Shown here in pieces: positions 1 through 8,676 of a DNA stretch of 64,000 nucleotides (the stretch's first letter is position 1; every line of letters starts with the position of its first letter). The position numbers were made by a program, and so were the translations under genes. Source of the stretch: a virus (taxonomy: Duplodnaviria; Caudoviricetes); IMG/VR virus record IMGVR_UViG_3300005077_000001, positions 32,001 through 96,000 of that record. One strand, written 5' to 3'. The notes under the pieces were generated by a model that worked only from the letters and a program-made list of their open reading frames with translations, ran no database searches and was not told where the DNA came from.

Positions 1-94
1 ACCAAAAGTAATGATACATATTTCAACAAAATAAGCAATGCTTAACAATCCCCACGCCCACACGTTTCCCATTGTTTTTAGAACACATAATGGT

Positions 95-367
95 TTATTC
101 ATTTAAATCTCCTTGTATTTGTTCCACTAAACTTCTTAATTCTTTTGCCAATCTAGCTGAGTCATAAGAATTAGCATTTGGTATTTCGGCTAATTTCTTT
201 AATATTGCTTTTTTAATTTTAGAATCTTTAATTATTTCTTCTCTATTTATATCTAGTTCCATTAGTTTTGTTAAATATGAACTAAAAAGCTCTGTTCTAT
301 CCCCTACTAAAGAATGTGCCAAAGTAAGCATCCCTGCAACTATTTTATCTACTTGATAATCATTCAT
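95..367 (-). CDS. hypothetical protein
   Basis: ORF tiles with minus-strand neighbours; no motif recognised. Confidence 0.65.
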   Translation of the reverse strand: MNDYQVDKIVAGMLTLAHSLVGDRTELFSSYLTKLMELDINREEIIKDSKIKKAILKKLAEIPNANSYDSARLAKELRSLVEQIQGDLNE

Positions 368-524
368 CTGTATTTAATCCTATAATCTCTCGTGCATCAT
401 TATAACAGTCTTTCATTATCCATGTAGGAGAATTACAAACCCCTCTATCGTCATAAGTATCATAAATTTTTAAAGCCATTTGAACGGCAGAATACTCCCG
501 TATAGCAGATACTACCATTTTCAT
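360..524 (-). CDS. hypothetical protein, 54 aa (not in ORF track)
   Basis: Hand-translated MKMVVSAIREYSAVQMALKIYDTYDDRGVCNSPTWIMKDCYNDAREIIGLNTDE; fills the gap between two minus-strand ORFs. Confidence 0.55.
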   Translation of the reverse strand: MKMVVSAIREYSAVQMALKIYDTYDDRGVCNSPTWIMKDCYNDAREIIGLNTDE

Positions 525-535
525 TACGTTGTCAT

Positions 536-1012
536 TCATCCTAATTCCTCCATCAGTGCATTTAGTTTCATATCTTTTTCTTTTTGTCTTCGTTCTTTTA
601 TTTTTTGTTTATTGTTCTCGTATTGGTCGTATAAGAAATGTGCTAAGTCTCCTAAATTTTCAGTTTCAAAACTGTGTAATAAATAATCTATTTGTTTATC
701 TCCATATTTAGGAACATCTATTATATCTATTTTCTGATATTCTTCCCCGTCCCTAAACCAAATATCCGTTATTTCTATTTTTATATTATTTATATATGTG
801 AAAAAAGTTGTTTGTACCGGATTTTTATAACCAAGAGCGTAATGCGTGGTTGTAGATTTATCTTGAGGATAGTAGTATACTTCCTCATCATTTTTGTACA
901 CCCACACTGTCTTCTTGCTAAAAGATAAATCCCTAAGCTTATCTTCAAATTCTTTTTGGTTAAATTCCACTTTTTTTGTTCCTTTTATGAATCTTTTTTT
1001 AATTAAATGCAT
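536..1012 (-). CDS. hypothetical protein (true start probably the GTG near 970)
   Basis: Long ORF in minus-strand array; AAGGA precedes an internal GTG. Confidence 0.65.
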   Translation of the reverse strand: MHLIKKRFIKGTKKVEFNQKEFEDKLRDLSFSKKTVWVYKNDEEVYYYPQDKSTTTHYALGYKNPVQTTFFTYINNIKIEITDIWFRDGEEYQKIDIIDVPKYGDKQIDYLLHSFETENLGDLAHFLYDQYENNKQKIKERRQKEKDMKLNALMEELG

Positions 1013-1036
1013 CTAGTGTTATAGGAGGATAATACA

Positions 1037-1198
1037 ATGGAAACTAAAAAACAAGAAGAAATAAGAGAGATATTATTACGTGAGTTTACACGTCATATGT
1101 ATCCAGACTGTAAAGAAGTAGATGACTGTGATTGTTCCACTAGAGATTGGTCTGAATTAAAGTCTGAGTGTTTTTGTACAGAGTGCTATACAGGATAA
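1037..1198 (+). CDS. Cys-rich small protein, 53 aa (not in ORF track)
   Basis: AGGAGG RBS at ~1023, ATG 1037, TAA 1196-1198; METKKQEEIREILLREFTRHMYPDCKEVDDCDCSTRDWSELKSECFCTECYTG; followed by a terminator. Confidence 0.65.
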   Translation: METKKQEEIREILLREFTRHMYPDCKEVDDCDCSTRDWSELKSECFCTECYTG

Positions 1199-1201
1199 GT
1201 T

Positions 1202-1233
1202 AAGGGGGAGTTAACTGCTCCCTCTTTTCTTTT
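1202..1233. terminator. intrinsic terminator between convergent genes
   Basis: GGGAG-TTAACTG-CTCCC stem-loop followed by TCTTTTCTTTT. Confidence 0.65.
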
Positions 1234-1809
1234 CTATCCTAAAATTTCCCCTTCTTCCGTAGTGATAGATATTTCTTCCCATCCAAATACTCCTATTTTT
1301 TGTTGTTTTATTAATGTAGGGTCATCTATGGGCTCAAAATCTTTCTTTACATATAAAACTATGTCATCCACATCTAAAGCCTCTTTAAACATATTAATTG
1401 CTTGTCTTTCCTGTTCAATAATACCTTTTACAATAAATCTTATCCCTTTCTCTATATTCTCTGGAGTCACTTCACCAAGTTTCCATCTAGTTTCTACTGC
1501 TAAGGGGGTATATCTTAAATTCCCATCTTCTATAGCTAGGAAATAATCATTCCAATTGCCTAGTCCCATAAAAAAAGGAGTGTTTGGTTTTACCTTTATC
1601 GTTTCTCTAGGTTTAAGCTTAATTACTTTTATTGATTTTCTTATTTCTGAATTATCTATTGCTTCAATGATTGGCTTTGTCATAGAAACAGCCAAAGCTT
1701 TGTAGTTAGCTATAAACTCTTTTCTATAGTCTTCTGACCAAGGACTATCATGATTTAGTTCGTTAAATATTTTCAATAATTCTACTTTTCGTTCATAAGG
1801 TATTCCCAT
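1234..1809 (-). CDS. internally deleted paralog of the major capsid protein
   Basis: aa154-177 VKKDFEPIDDPTLIKQQKIGVFGW vs MCP aa316-339 VRKEYEPIDDPALLRQQLQGYFGW (15/24 identical); LAVSMTKPI vs LAQAMTGPI; RWKL vs NWKV. Confidence 0.85.
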   Translation of the reverse strand: MGIPYERKVELLKIFNELNHDSPWSEDYRKEFIANYKALAVSMTKPIIEAIDNSEIRKSIKVIKLKPRETIKVKPNTPFFMGLGNWNDYFLAIEDGNLRYTPLAVETRWKLGEVTPENIEKGIRFIVKGIIEQERQAINMFKEALDVDDIVLYVKKDFEPIDDPTLIKQQKIGVFGWEEISITTEEGEILG

Positions 1810-2116
1810 CCTCTATTCCTCCCAGTTCTACATTGTTATAACCTACAGTTATCTTAGATAATTCCTCTGGATTAAGTTCACTTTTTTTTCTCCACACGCA
1901 TTTATTAAACCAACTTATTCTAGTTGCGTACATAAGTAATCCAAAAATAAGGATTCCTGGACCAAGTAATATACATAAAAATGCTGCTACTAATTCTCCC
2001 CTTGTAATACAACCTACTGTATGATATACTTCTCTACATACTAAATAACTTCCTAAAATTCCTGATAAAACATATAAAATTATAAAAAATGAAACCATCA
2101 CTTTATTTCCTTTCAA
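1793..2116 (-). CDS. membrane protein, 2 predicted TM segments
   Basis: Two hydrophobic stretches then a basic tail. Confidence 0.65.
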   Translation of the reverse strand: MKGNKVMVSFFIILYVLSGILGSYLVCREVYHTVGCITRGELVAAFLCILLGPGILIFGLLMYATRISWFNKCVWRKKSELNPEELSKITVGYNNVELGGIEDGNTL

Positions 2117-2327
2117 TTCTCTTTAGTTTCCAGTATAATCTATCATATAATTTATATTTATTTTTAATTTCCCAAATATCATATACATTGCAATAGCATT
2201 TTGGACAATACTTAGATGTATGGTCAACAGAGTTTGGTCCAAAGCCATGCTGTATCATATCATAAACATCTATTACTTTATCTGCGTCAATTAGTGTTTC
2301 ACATTCAGGGCATAGGTAAGGTACCAT
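2103..2327 (-). CDS. zinc-ribbon protein
   Basis: CPEC...CPKC. Confidence 0.65.
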   Translation of the reverse strand: MVPYLCPECETLIDADKVIDVYDMIQHGFGPNSVDHTSKYCPKCYCNVYDIWEIKNKYKLYDRLYWKLKRIERK

Positions 2328-2818
2328 TACGGTTTTAACTCCTTTTCAAATTCTTCCCAAGATGTAACCTTCTCTGGATTTTTTAAACACTCATTTCTTC
2401 TTCTAATTGCTTCTTCTACTGCAATAATATCTTCATTGGTTCCTAGGAACTGTTCCCAAGTAGATTCTACGAGTTCTGTAATTTCAAATCCACCTTCTTC
2501 TAAATACACTTTAGCCCAGTGTAGTAATTCTTCTTTATCAAATTCTGGAGATTCTATGATTATTTCTACTATATCTCGCCTTATTAAATACCCTTTTTTA
2601 ATAAACTCTTTGTATTCATCTTCTTCAAACCAAGTTTCCTCTTCGTAGTCAGTATCTTTTTCGTGGTACCCGTCTACAGTTAACCATAATGAGTAATCAG
2701 GGGTATGCCCATCAACTTCAGGCATTAAATAAATATCTTCCCAAGTTTTCTTTTGTTTTGGGTCAGCCCATTCGTGGGGTATATAATATAACCACTTCAT
2801 TTTATTTGTCCTGTGCAT
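2327..2818 (-). CDS. acidic hypothetical protein
   Basis: Tiled ORF, no motif. Confidence 0.65.
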   Translation of the reverse strand: MHRTNKMKWLYYIPHEWADPKQKKTWEDIYLMPEVDGHTPDYSLWLTVDGYHEKDTDYEEETWFEEDEYKEFIKKGYLIRRDIVEIIIESPEFDKEELLHWAKVYLEEGGFEITELVESTWEQFLGTNEDIIAVEEAIRRRNECLKNPEKVTSWEEFEKELKP

Positions 2819-2974
2819 TTAAAATAAAACCATAATATCCCCATAGCTAACAAAATAATAGGCCATAGTAGAATTAAAATAACCCATCTAGATAAAGATG
2901 TATTTTTATTTTCTCTTAAAGAACTAACAACAATATACCCAAACAAAATATAAATTATTGCGTAATTAACCATT

Positions 2975-3322
2975 TTAACTTATCCTTTCTGGGCACTTCA
3001 TATTCATAAAATCTTCTTTTAGTGCAGTAGACTTAGATATCTTTTTTTGTAATCTTTGTTCTTTGATTGTGTCATATAATTCTTTTACTAATTTATTTTT
3101 ACTCCATTTATACTCTTTCCTATTCCAGTTATCAAATATGAGTTCATAACTAAGAGTATGTTCATATATTTGACAATCTTCATAAGAGTAATATGGTTTT
3201 CCTTGACGATACCCATCTCCATAAAACCACATCCCATTTTCACGAGACCATGTTATTTTATTGCATTTAGTTAATTCTATGAGCTTGTTTATGAAGGCAT
3301 CATCTATAATAACGAAGGTCAT
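2975..3322 (-). CDS. hypothetical protein, paralog family LIxxTxxxKIxW
   Basis: FINKLIELTKCNKITW shared with ORFs at 13265, 13797, 14460, 43241. Confidence 0.7.
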   Translation of the reverse strand: MTFVIIDDAFINKLIELTKCNKITWSRENGMWFYGDGYRQGKPYYSYEDCQIYEHTLSYELIFDNWNRKEYKWSKNKLVKELYDTIKEQRLQKKISKSTALKEDFMNMKCPERIS

Positions 3323-3336
3323 ACTTTCCCCCTTTT

Positions 3337-3708
3337 TTATATATAATCATAAGGGCTTAAATTCTCAAGATAAGTATACCTTTCGGTTTCTGCAATTATT
3401 TCTTCCATCACTTTTCTATCCTTATTTTTCCAATCAAAAGCATTTTCTTTAGCCCGGTCAGTGAACGTATCAAATAATTTTTGTTCTTCTGGATTTACAA
3501 TTTCTATAGGGGCGCAAGCATCGCCACAATATTTGTGGTCTAAAAATAAATAATATTTTCCTTTTTCATCATCTTTACTAAACGTTATTTCATGCTCTAA
3601 AAACCAAGCATAAATAATAGGACTCTTTTTATGAAAAGTGTGTTTATACACCATTAATCGCCCGTCCTTGAGTAAGTGGAGCATTGTTTTTAAAAATAGT
3701 AGTTGCAT
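3337..3708 (-). CDS. hypothetical protein
   Basis: Tiled ORF. Confidence 0.6.
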   Translation of the reverse strand: MQLLFLKTMLHLLKDGRLMVYKHTFHKKSPIIYAWFLEHEITFSKDDEKGKYYLFLDHKYCGDACAPIEIVNPEEQKLFDTFTDRAKENAFDWKNKDRKVMEEIIAETERYTYLENLSPYDYI

Positions 3709-3989
3709 TATATCCCCTCTCCTTGTATGATGCTATCTTTATATTTTTTAGTAGATTCATACATTCTTTTAAGATTATAAGTTTGATTATTATCACTCTG
3801 TTTTAATCCCGCTTCTGAAAAAGCATTTAAAAATTGCAGCATACCAAGCATTATACTTTCTACATCCCAATTTTCTTTTCCATATGTTTTGACACCAGAT
3901 TTATATAAAAGTAATAAATCAAAATAATCATTCCATAATAAATCAATTGTTTCTTGTAATTTCTCCATCATTTTATTATCCCTAAACAA
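3708..3989 (-). CDS. hypothetical protein
   Basis: Tiled ORF. Confidence 0.6.
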   Translation of the reverse strand: MFRDNKMMEKLQETIDLLWNDYFDLLLLYKSGVKTYGKENWDVESIMLGMLQFLNAFSEAGLKQSDNNQTYNLKRMYESTKKYKDSIIQGEGI

Positions 3990-4180
3990 TCATTTGCAAA
4001 TGGGCAATATTCTGCACAACCTGTGTCAAGTTTTGGATTCCTGAATGTTTTTCCACAATTTTTACAAGTTCTACGGGGTTCATCTTTAAAGAATTCTTGC
4101 TTATTACCACAAAACGGGCACTGTACTTCATAAATATCTTCTGGGCCCCAAAACCTTGTATCTTGACCTGGGCATCTCAT
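3968..4180 (-). CDS. small Cys-rich zinc-binding protein (CPGQD-type)
   Basis: MRCPGQD...CPFCG...FFKDE...CKNCG...NPKLDTGCAEYCPFANDC, a pattern I recall from deltaproteobacterial genomes. Confidence 0.7.
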   Translation of the reverse strand: MRCPGQDTRFWGPEDIYEVQCPFCGNKQEFFKDEPRRTCKNCGKTFRNPKLDTGCAEYCPFANDCLGIIK

Positions 4181-4182
4181 TT

Positions 4183-4698
4183 TTAATCTCCTACATATAG
4201 ACTTAAAAGTCCTTTTGTTTCTTCCACTACTGATTCATATTCTTTTTCTATTTCAACTAAATTTAAAACTTTTTTTAATTCATAAAGTAAAGAATCTACT
4301 TCGTTATTAAATAAACTATTTCCTACATCTTTTAAACCTTGCTGACGTAATAAAGTGTGCGATAAATAAGAACACAATCTTTCTTCAATATCATCTTCAT
4401 AAATTTCCAAGCAAGCTTCGTACAAAAAACGAGTATCCGTATTTCTATATATACTTCTACATACATTTTCCATTTCATATTTATTATAGTTTTTTAAACA
4501 TAAATGAGTTAGCTCATGTATCAAAGAATTCATGTTTTCTTCTTGTTCTCTATCCTTAATAGCTATTTTTTTAGTTGGATAGTGAATATATGCTAAACAA
4601 TCGTTTAAATCATTGTCTTTTTTAAACAAAGTAATACTACAAGCGGGTAAGGTTTTTTCTTTATACACACAAACCTTATAATGCCGATTATCCTTCAT
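4183..4698 (-). CDS. putative zincin metallopeptidase
   Basis: LIHELTH (HExxH) plus downstream EERLC as possible third ligand. Confidence 0.55.
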   Translation of the reverse strand: MKDNRHYKVCVYKEKTLPACSITLFKKDNDLNDCLAYIHYPTKKIAIKDREQEENMNSLIHELTHLCLKNYNKYEMENVCRSIYRNTDTRFLYEACLEIYEDDIEERLCSYLSHTLLRQQGLKDVGNSLFNNEVDSLLYELKKVLNLVEIEKEYESVVEETKGLLSLYVGD

Positions 4699-5075
4699 TA
4701 CGCATCTTTATCTTTTTTATTTTTTGGTTTATATACTTTACAAGAGCACGCAGGTCCCAAAATAGCAATTATTTTATCCCCATTCATTGTTGCTAGCCCA
4801 AACATTATTCCTTCTTTAGTTTGTGAATCAGACATAAATACAGACCCTGGTTTTAATAAAACAACACGGTGGGCTTTCATCAATAAGTCTAGTTTTTCTG
4901 TATCTTGATTAAGAATAATAGATATTACATCTGGAATAATACCAAAATCTAATATTCCAAAATAACCAATATCTGATACTTCATAGAGTTGAGGAAAAGC
5001 ATTTGATTCTACTGGTATTAAAAATAAAAAGATACTAATTAGGGTTATACTAAAATATTTTATAATTTTTTTCAT
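4698..5075 (-). CDS. secreted/periplasmic hypothetical protein
   Basis: MKKIIK + hydrophobic core + SNA cleavage-like site. Confidence 0.6.
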   Translation of the reverse strand: MKKIIKYFSITLISIFLFLIPVESNAFPQLYEVSDIGYFGILDFGIIPDVISIILNQDTEKLDLLMKAHRVVLLKPGSVFMSDSQTKEGIMFGLATMNGDKIIAILGPACSCKVYKPKNKKDKDA

Positions 5076-5084
5076 TTTTTCTCC

Positions 5085-5345
5085 CTATTTTTTACATTTT
5101 TTTACTAAAATTTGCATTTTTTTATCATATTTTTCTAAAATTTCACAAAAATATCCTAAATTTTTACATAATTTTGCAATATTATTGAAATTTTTAATAG
5201 AAATTAGTAAATATATTGAAGAATTTGGATATATTTTCAATAATTTAGATAAATTACTACATTCTTTTTCACATATTTTTTTATCATCATACTCTATAAA
5301 AAACCACATTTTAGTCTCTATTAAATTATTCTTTACTTTGTTCAA
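5085..5345 (-). CDS. hypothetical protein
   Basis: Very AT-rich tiled ORF. Confidence 0.5.
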   Translation of the reverse strand: MNKVKNNLIETKMWFFIEYDDKKICEKECSNLSKLLKIYPNSSIYLLISIKNFNNIAKLCKNLGYFCEILEKYDKKMQILVKKCKK

Positions 5346-5513
5346 TGCAAGTCAACAGGAAAAAAATATGAAAAGTAGTAGCACTGGCCCCCAAGTCATT
5401 GCTTCAAAGAATCCCATGTTATACTTATATTTAATCGCTTCATATATTGCCCACCCAAATGAGACTAAAAAATAAATTCCTATTAAAGCTAAAAAATAAA
5501 TTAGGAATTCCAT

Positions 5514-5834
5514 TTACCAGTCCTCATATCTAACTTGTTTTACTTCTTCTCCACAAAATGTTCTTATAATATTACCTTCCTTATCTATACTAAATTGTAG
5601 GTGTGTTAAGTATTGGTTAAATCCAATACGCCTTAACCACTCATAATCTTTGAAAACTTCTACTACCTTAGTTGTGCTTTTGTTAATAGGTTCGGGCTGA
5701 GGCGTGATAGGTTCAAATTTTCTAAATAATATACTCCTATTATAATTTATCTGTTTATTAATATTTTCTAAGACTTGTCTCTTTTTGAATATCCTATCTT
5801 TTATAAATTTGATAAACGAATCACCATAATTCAT
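5514..5834 (-). CDS. hypothetical protein
   Basis: Tiled ORF. Confidence 0.6.
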   Translation of the reverse strand: MNYGDSFIKFIKDRIFKKRQVLENINKQINYNRSILFRKFEPITPQPEPINKSTTKVVEVFKDYEWLRRIGFNQYLTHLQFSIDKEGNIIRTFCGEEVKQVRYEDW

Positions 5835-5945
5835 GCTGTCTTCCTTTTGTATAGCTTATAGTTCTTTTTTAATCTTCGGTAGAATCGTTTAAAAGTTTCT
5901 GTTGAATTTTCTACATCATAAATAGATAGTTCCCCTTTTGCTAAT

Positions 5946-6362
5946 TTACGTAGTTCCTTCGTAACTGTTTTTCTCATATGTAACTCCGTTTAAGATATTT
6001 TTGAATTTTGATAATCTTTTATTTATCCAAATTTCTAAATATTGAATAAAATCATCAATATCTATTATATCCTCTAACTCGTCAATATTAATTCTTTCAC
6101 TACATCTAAAATCATCATTTTTGTAACTAATAAACCAATGACCTACATCTTCGCAATATCCGAGGCTGCATATAGAATGAAACCATTCAGTTATTGCATG
6201 CTTATGCTCATAAATTAAATAATGCGGGCACATTGTGTGATTATCTTCTAGTCCGGCATTAATTATATCAAACCACAAACTACTCAAAGAATTCAAATAA
6301 TCCAATTGGTTCAATGACCGTTCCTTTTTCTTCATTTTGTTTCTGCAGTTTTTTAAGCTCAT
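5946..6362 (-). CDS. hypothetical protein (start uncertain)
   Basis: Tiled ORF overlapping upstream ORF. Confidence 0.55.
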   Translation of the reverse strand: MSLKNCRNKMKKKERSLNQLDYLNSLSSLWFDIINAGLEDNHTMCPHYLIYEHKHAITEWFHSICSLGYCEDVGHWFISYKNDDFRCSERINIDELEDIIDIDDFIQYLEIWINKRLSKFKNILNGVTYEKNSYEGTT

Positions 6363-6480
6363 ATTGATACTGTTTAGAAATGGTATCTGCTAATTTTATT
6401 CCATCTTCAGTTTTAAAAGTTTCCTTATAATGATTATATAATGATATTCTGGATTTGATGAATTCCTCAATTTCCCCCAT
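6280..6480 (-). CDS. hypothetical protein
   Basis: Tiled ORF, AGGAG upstream. Confidence 0.55.
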   Translation of the reverse strand: MGEIEEFIKSRISLYNHYKETFKTEDGIKLADTISKQYQYELKKLQKQNEEKGTVIEPIGLFEFFE

Positions 6481-6697
6481 ATTCTTCCTCTTCTTTTTTT
6501 CTTTCTTCTTCCAATGTATTCTCTAATTGAACTATTTCTTCATAAAGTTTTTTATCGCCAAATTCTAATTCACATAATCTTTCATAAAAGGAATAGCAAA
6601 CTTCTTGTAAATCCCAAACATGGTCAAATTCGGCTTCTTGTATACCTTTTAACCAAGACCACCTTGTAATACTTCTGAATAGTTCTTGCTTATTCAA
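6467..6697 (-). CDS. hypothetical protein
   Basis: Tiled ORF. Confidence 0.55.
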   Translation of the reverse strand: MNKQELFRSITRWSWLKGIQEAEFDHVWDLQEVCYSFYERLCELEFGDKKLYEEIVQLENTLEEERKKEEEEYGGN

Positions 6698-6956
6698 AAC
6701 AACTCCTTTTTAAATCCTTGGTTTGAACAATTAGATTAAATGGCTCATCTTCCTTTAAATGCTTCAAAGCATCATAAAAAGCTAAATAAAAGTTTTTAAA
6801 TAATTGTGGATTTGTATAAAGACTCCTATTTAAATATCTAGCTATTTCTTCTTGTGATATCCATCTTTCAGAATGTTCATTATCTGGTTCTCTTATATCT
6901 AATAAATTATAATACCAACTTGAGGTATTTGTTTGAATGATTTGTATTTCAACCAT
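6690..6956 (-). CDS. hypothetical protein
   Basis: Tiled ORF, GGAGG upstream. Confidence 0.6.
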   Translation of the reverse strand: MVEIQIIQTNTSSWYYNLLDIREPDNEHSERWISQEEIARYLNRSLYTNPQLFKNFYLAFYDALKHLKEDEPFNLIVQTKDLKRSCFE

Positions 6957-7326
6957 CTAAATCCATAACCTCCGTAACAACCCACTGTCCTTTTTCATTT
7001 TTAGTTTCTACTTTTGTTATATTAGTATTTTTTAATTCTTTGTCTATTTTTCGTTGTATTTCTGTCAAGTCCCCAGTTCGTCGGGCTATTTCAATACGAA
7101 GCCATTTTTGAAATTCTTTTGTTTTAGTCATTCGTGCAAAAGCTAATCGTTTATTATGTATTTGACTACGTTCGTCTTCTGCAAACCCCATTGCCCCTGA
7201 AGCTAAATGACGGCAACGTACAGCATTACTAGTTTTATTACGTTTTTGGCCACCTTTTCCAGAACCACGAACATAGTCCCATTCAAAGTCCTTAGCTGTC
7301 AACGAAAACAAGAGTTGCTTAGTCAA
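6949..7326 (-). CDS. stand-alone peptide chain release factor (RF-1/GGQ) domain protein
   Basis: YVRGSGKGGQKRNKTSNAVRCRHLASG...DERSQIHNKRLA. Confidence 0.9.
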   Translation of the reverse strand: MTKQLLFSLTAKDFEWDYVRGSGKGGQKRNKTSNAVRCRHLASGAMGFAEDERSQIHNKRLAFARMTKTKEFQKWLRIEIARRTGDLTEIQRKIDKELKNTNITKVETKNEKGQWVVTEVMDLDG

Positions 7327-7516
7327 TAGTTCTACCTGGGATAGTACCCCATACCTTAGGCAATGCTAAAGAGTTTATTTCTCTTAGACATTTTAGCAAG
7401 GTATATATATGGTCATAGTCCCTGAGGTCTGGTATTCTATCAATAGATTGAGCTAAATCTTTTTCAATTATCTTTCTATACTTATCCCAATCCATTTTTT
7501 TCTTTCCTTTCTTCAT
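7319..7516 (-). CDS. hypothetical protein
   Basis: Tiled ORF. Confidence 0.5.
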   Translation of the reverse strand: MKKGKKKMDWDKYRKIIEKDLAQSIDRIPDLRDYDHIYTLLKCLREINSLALPKVWGTIPGRTID

Positions 7517-8105
7517 CTCTTAGTAACGCTTGTGCTTTACGTTCTAAAAATCTATAGTATTCCCCAAATTGTGGGCGAGCTTCCTCAATAATTTCTCGTA
7601 ATCGTTGTGACACTGGTGGAATTATAGGTAACTCTTTCTTTTCTTTTGTTTCTTGATATACTTTTAATGCAATAGTTTCGGCTTCTTTTTGGTTAATTGC
7701 TTCAACTGCTATTGTATACAAAGCTTTAATTTTATTTAACTTATTGTCGCTCCATTGAATAATAACTTCATTTAAAGGCTGATTCATGTAAGTAGAATCA
7801 ATACTAGTTTGTTCTGTTAAAGGGTCTATTCTAAATAAAAATTTAGAAGGTTCAGGAATCGGTCGTAATGATTCTAAATAATTATCAACTTCTGTTTTAT
7901 TTTTTGGATTAAGTATAACTTCTCTTATTTTATTATTATATCCACATCCTAACCCGTTTTGTACTATAGTGGTAAAATATTCATTTACATATTTTTCAGC
8001 ATCTTCTCTTGTGCTAAAAGCACACAACGGATAATTTTCTACTTCATACCATGCGGGATTCCAATTGTGCTCATATACTATGTATATAACATTTATATCT
8101 GGCAT
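7482..8105 (-). CDS. hypothetical protein
   Basis: Tiled ORF. Confidence 0.65.
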   Translation of the reverse strand: MPDINVIYIVYEHNWNPAWYEVENYPLCAFSTREDAEKYVNEYFTTIVQNGLGCGYNNKIREVILNPKNKTEVDNYLESLRPIPEPSKFLFRIDPLTEQTSIDSTYMNQPLNEVIIQWSDNKLNKIKALYTIAVEAINQKEAETIALKVYQETKEKKELPIIPPVSQRLREIIEEARPQFGEYYRFLERKAQALLRDEERKEKNGLG

Positions 8106-8284
8106 GAAGTTCTTTTACTCCTTTCTTTGATTAACCACTTATTTGCTTCTTCAATTTTTTTATCCACGAATTTTTTATCATAGACAGCCCCGCAATTTAT
8201 ACACATATATTCAGTAAGATTTCGTATTACCATAGTTCCTGTACTACAAGCAGAACATACCCAGTTAAAATTGGTATAGTGCAT
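8093..8284 (-). CDS. zinc-ribbon protein
   Basis: CSAC...CINC; GGAGG RBS; directly downstream of conserved promoter-like motif. Confidence 0.65.
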   Translation of the reverse strand: MHYTNFNWVCSACSTGTMVIRNLTEYMCINCGAVYDKKFVDKKIEEANKWLIKERSKRTSCQI

Positions 8285-8293
8285 TTTTTACCT

Positions 8294-8328
8294 CCTCTAT
8301 AATAATAAGTACTAAGGAAAAATATTTT
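8294..8328 (-). promoter_or_regulatory. conserved phage promoter-like motif (copy 1)
   Basis: Minus strand AAAATATTTTTCCTTAGTACTTATTATTATAGAGG; 24 nt identical to 16173-16196 and 27 nt identical (inverted) to 16297-16323. Confidence 0.7.
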
Positions 8329-8361
8329 ATATAACTTTTATTGAAGTGTATTAAATCAAGA

Positions 8362-8676
8362 TTAAGCATTTGCCCAAGGGTTTAATCTTTGAATAGCAAG
8401 TTCCTCAAGGGCATCGTATACTTTTTTATTTCTAATAATTAAAGCATGTTCGGTTGGTATTTCTTCATCGTAAGCAATCATGGTAGATTCATTAAACCAA
8501 TTACCTAAAGTCCCTATTATCATCATTAAACGTTCAACATCACTCAAAGCTTCGTAGTCTTTTAACATTTCTTTTATTCTATCGCTTCCCTCATCATAAG
8601 AGAAAGGCCCTTCACAATCTTCTTTATTTGAGCGTTTACAAATATCAAACATATAGCATTTTTCACAATCAGGCAT
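8362..8676 (-). CDS. hypothetical protein, Cys-rich N-terminus
   Basis: Tiled ORF. Confidence 0.6.
   Translation of the reverse strand: MPDCEKCYMFDICKRSNKEDCEGPFSYDEGSDRIKEMLKDYEALSDVERLMMIIGTLGNWFNESTMIAYDEEIPTEHALIIRNKKVYDALEELAIQRLNPWANA

Noticed and set aside
5085-5345. TusA/SirA-like fold
   Set aside because: Only vague C-terminal resemblance; CPxP motif absent
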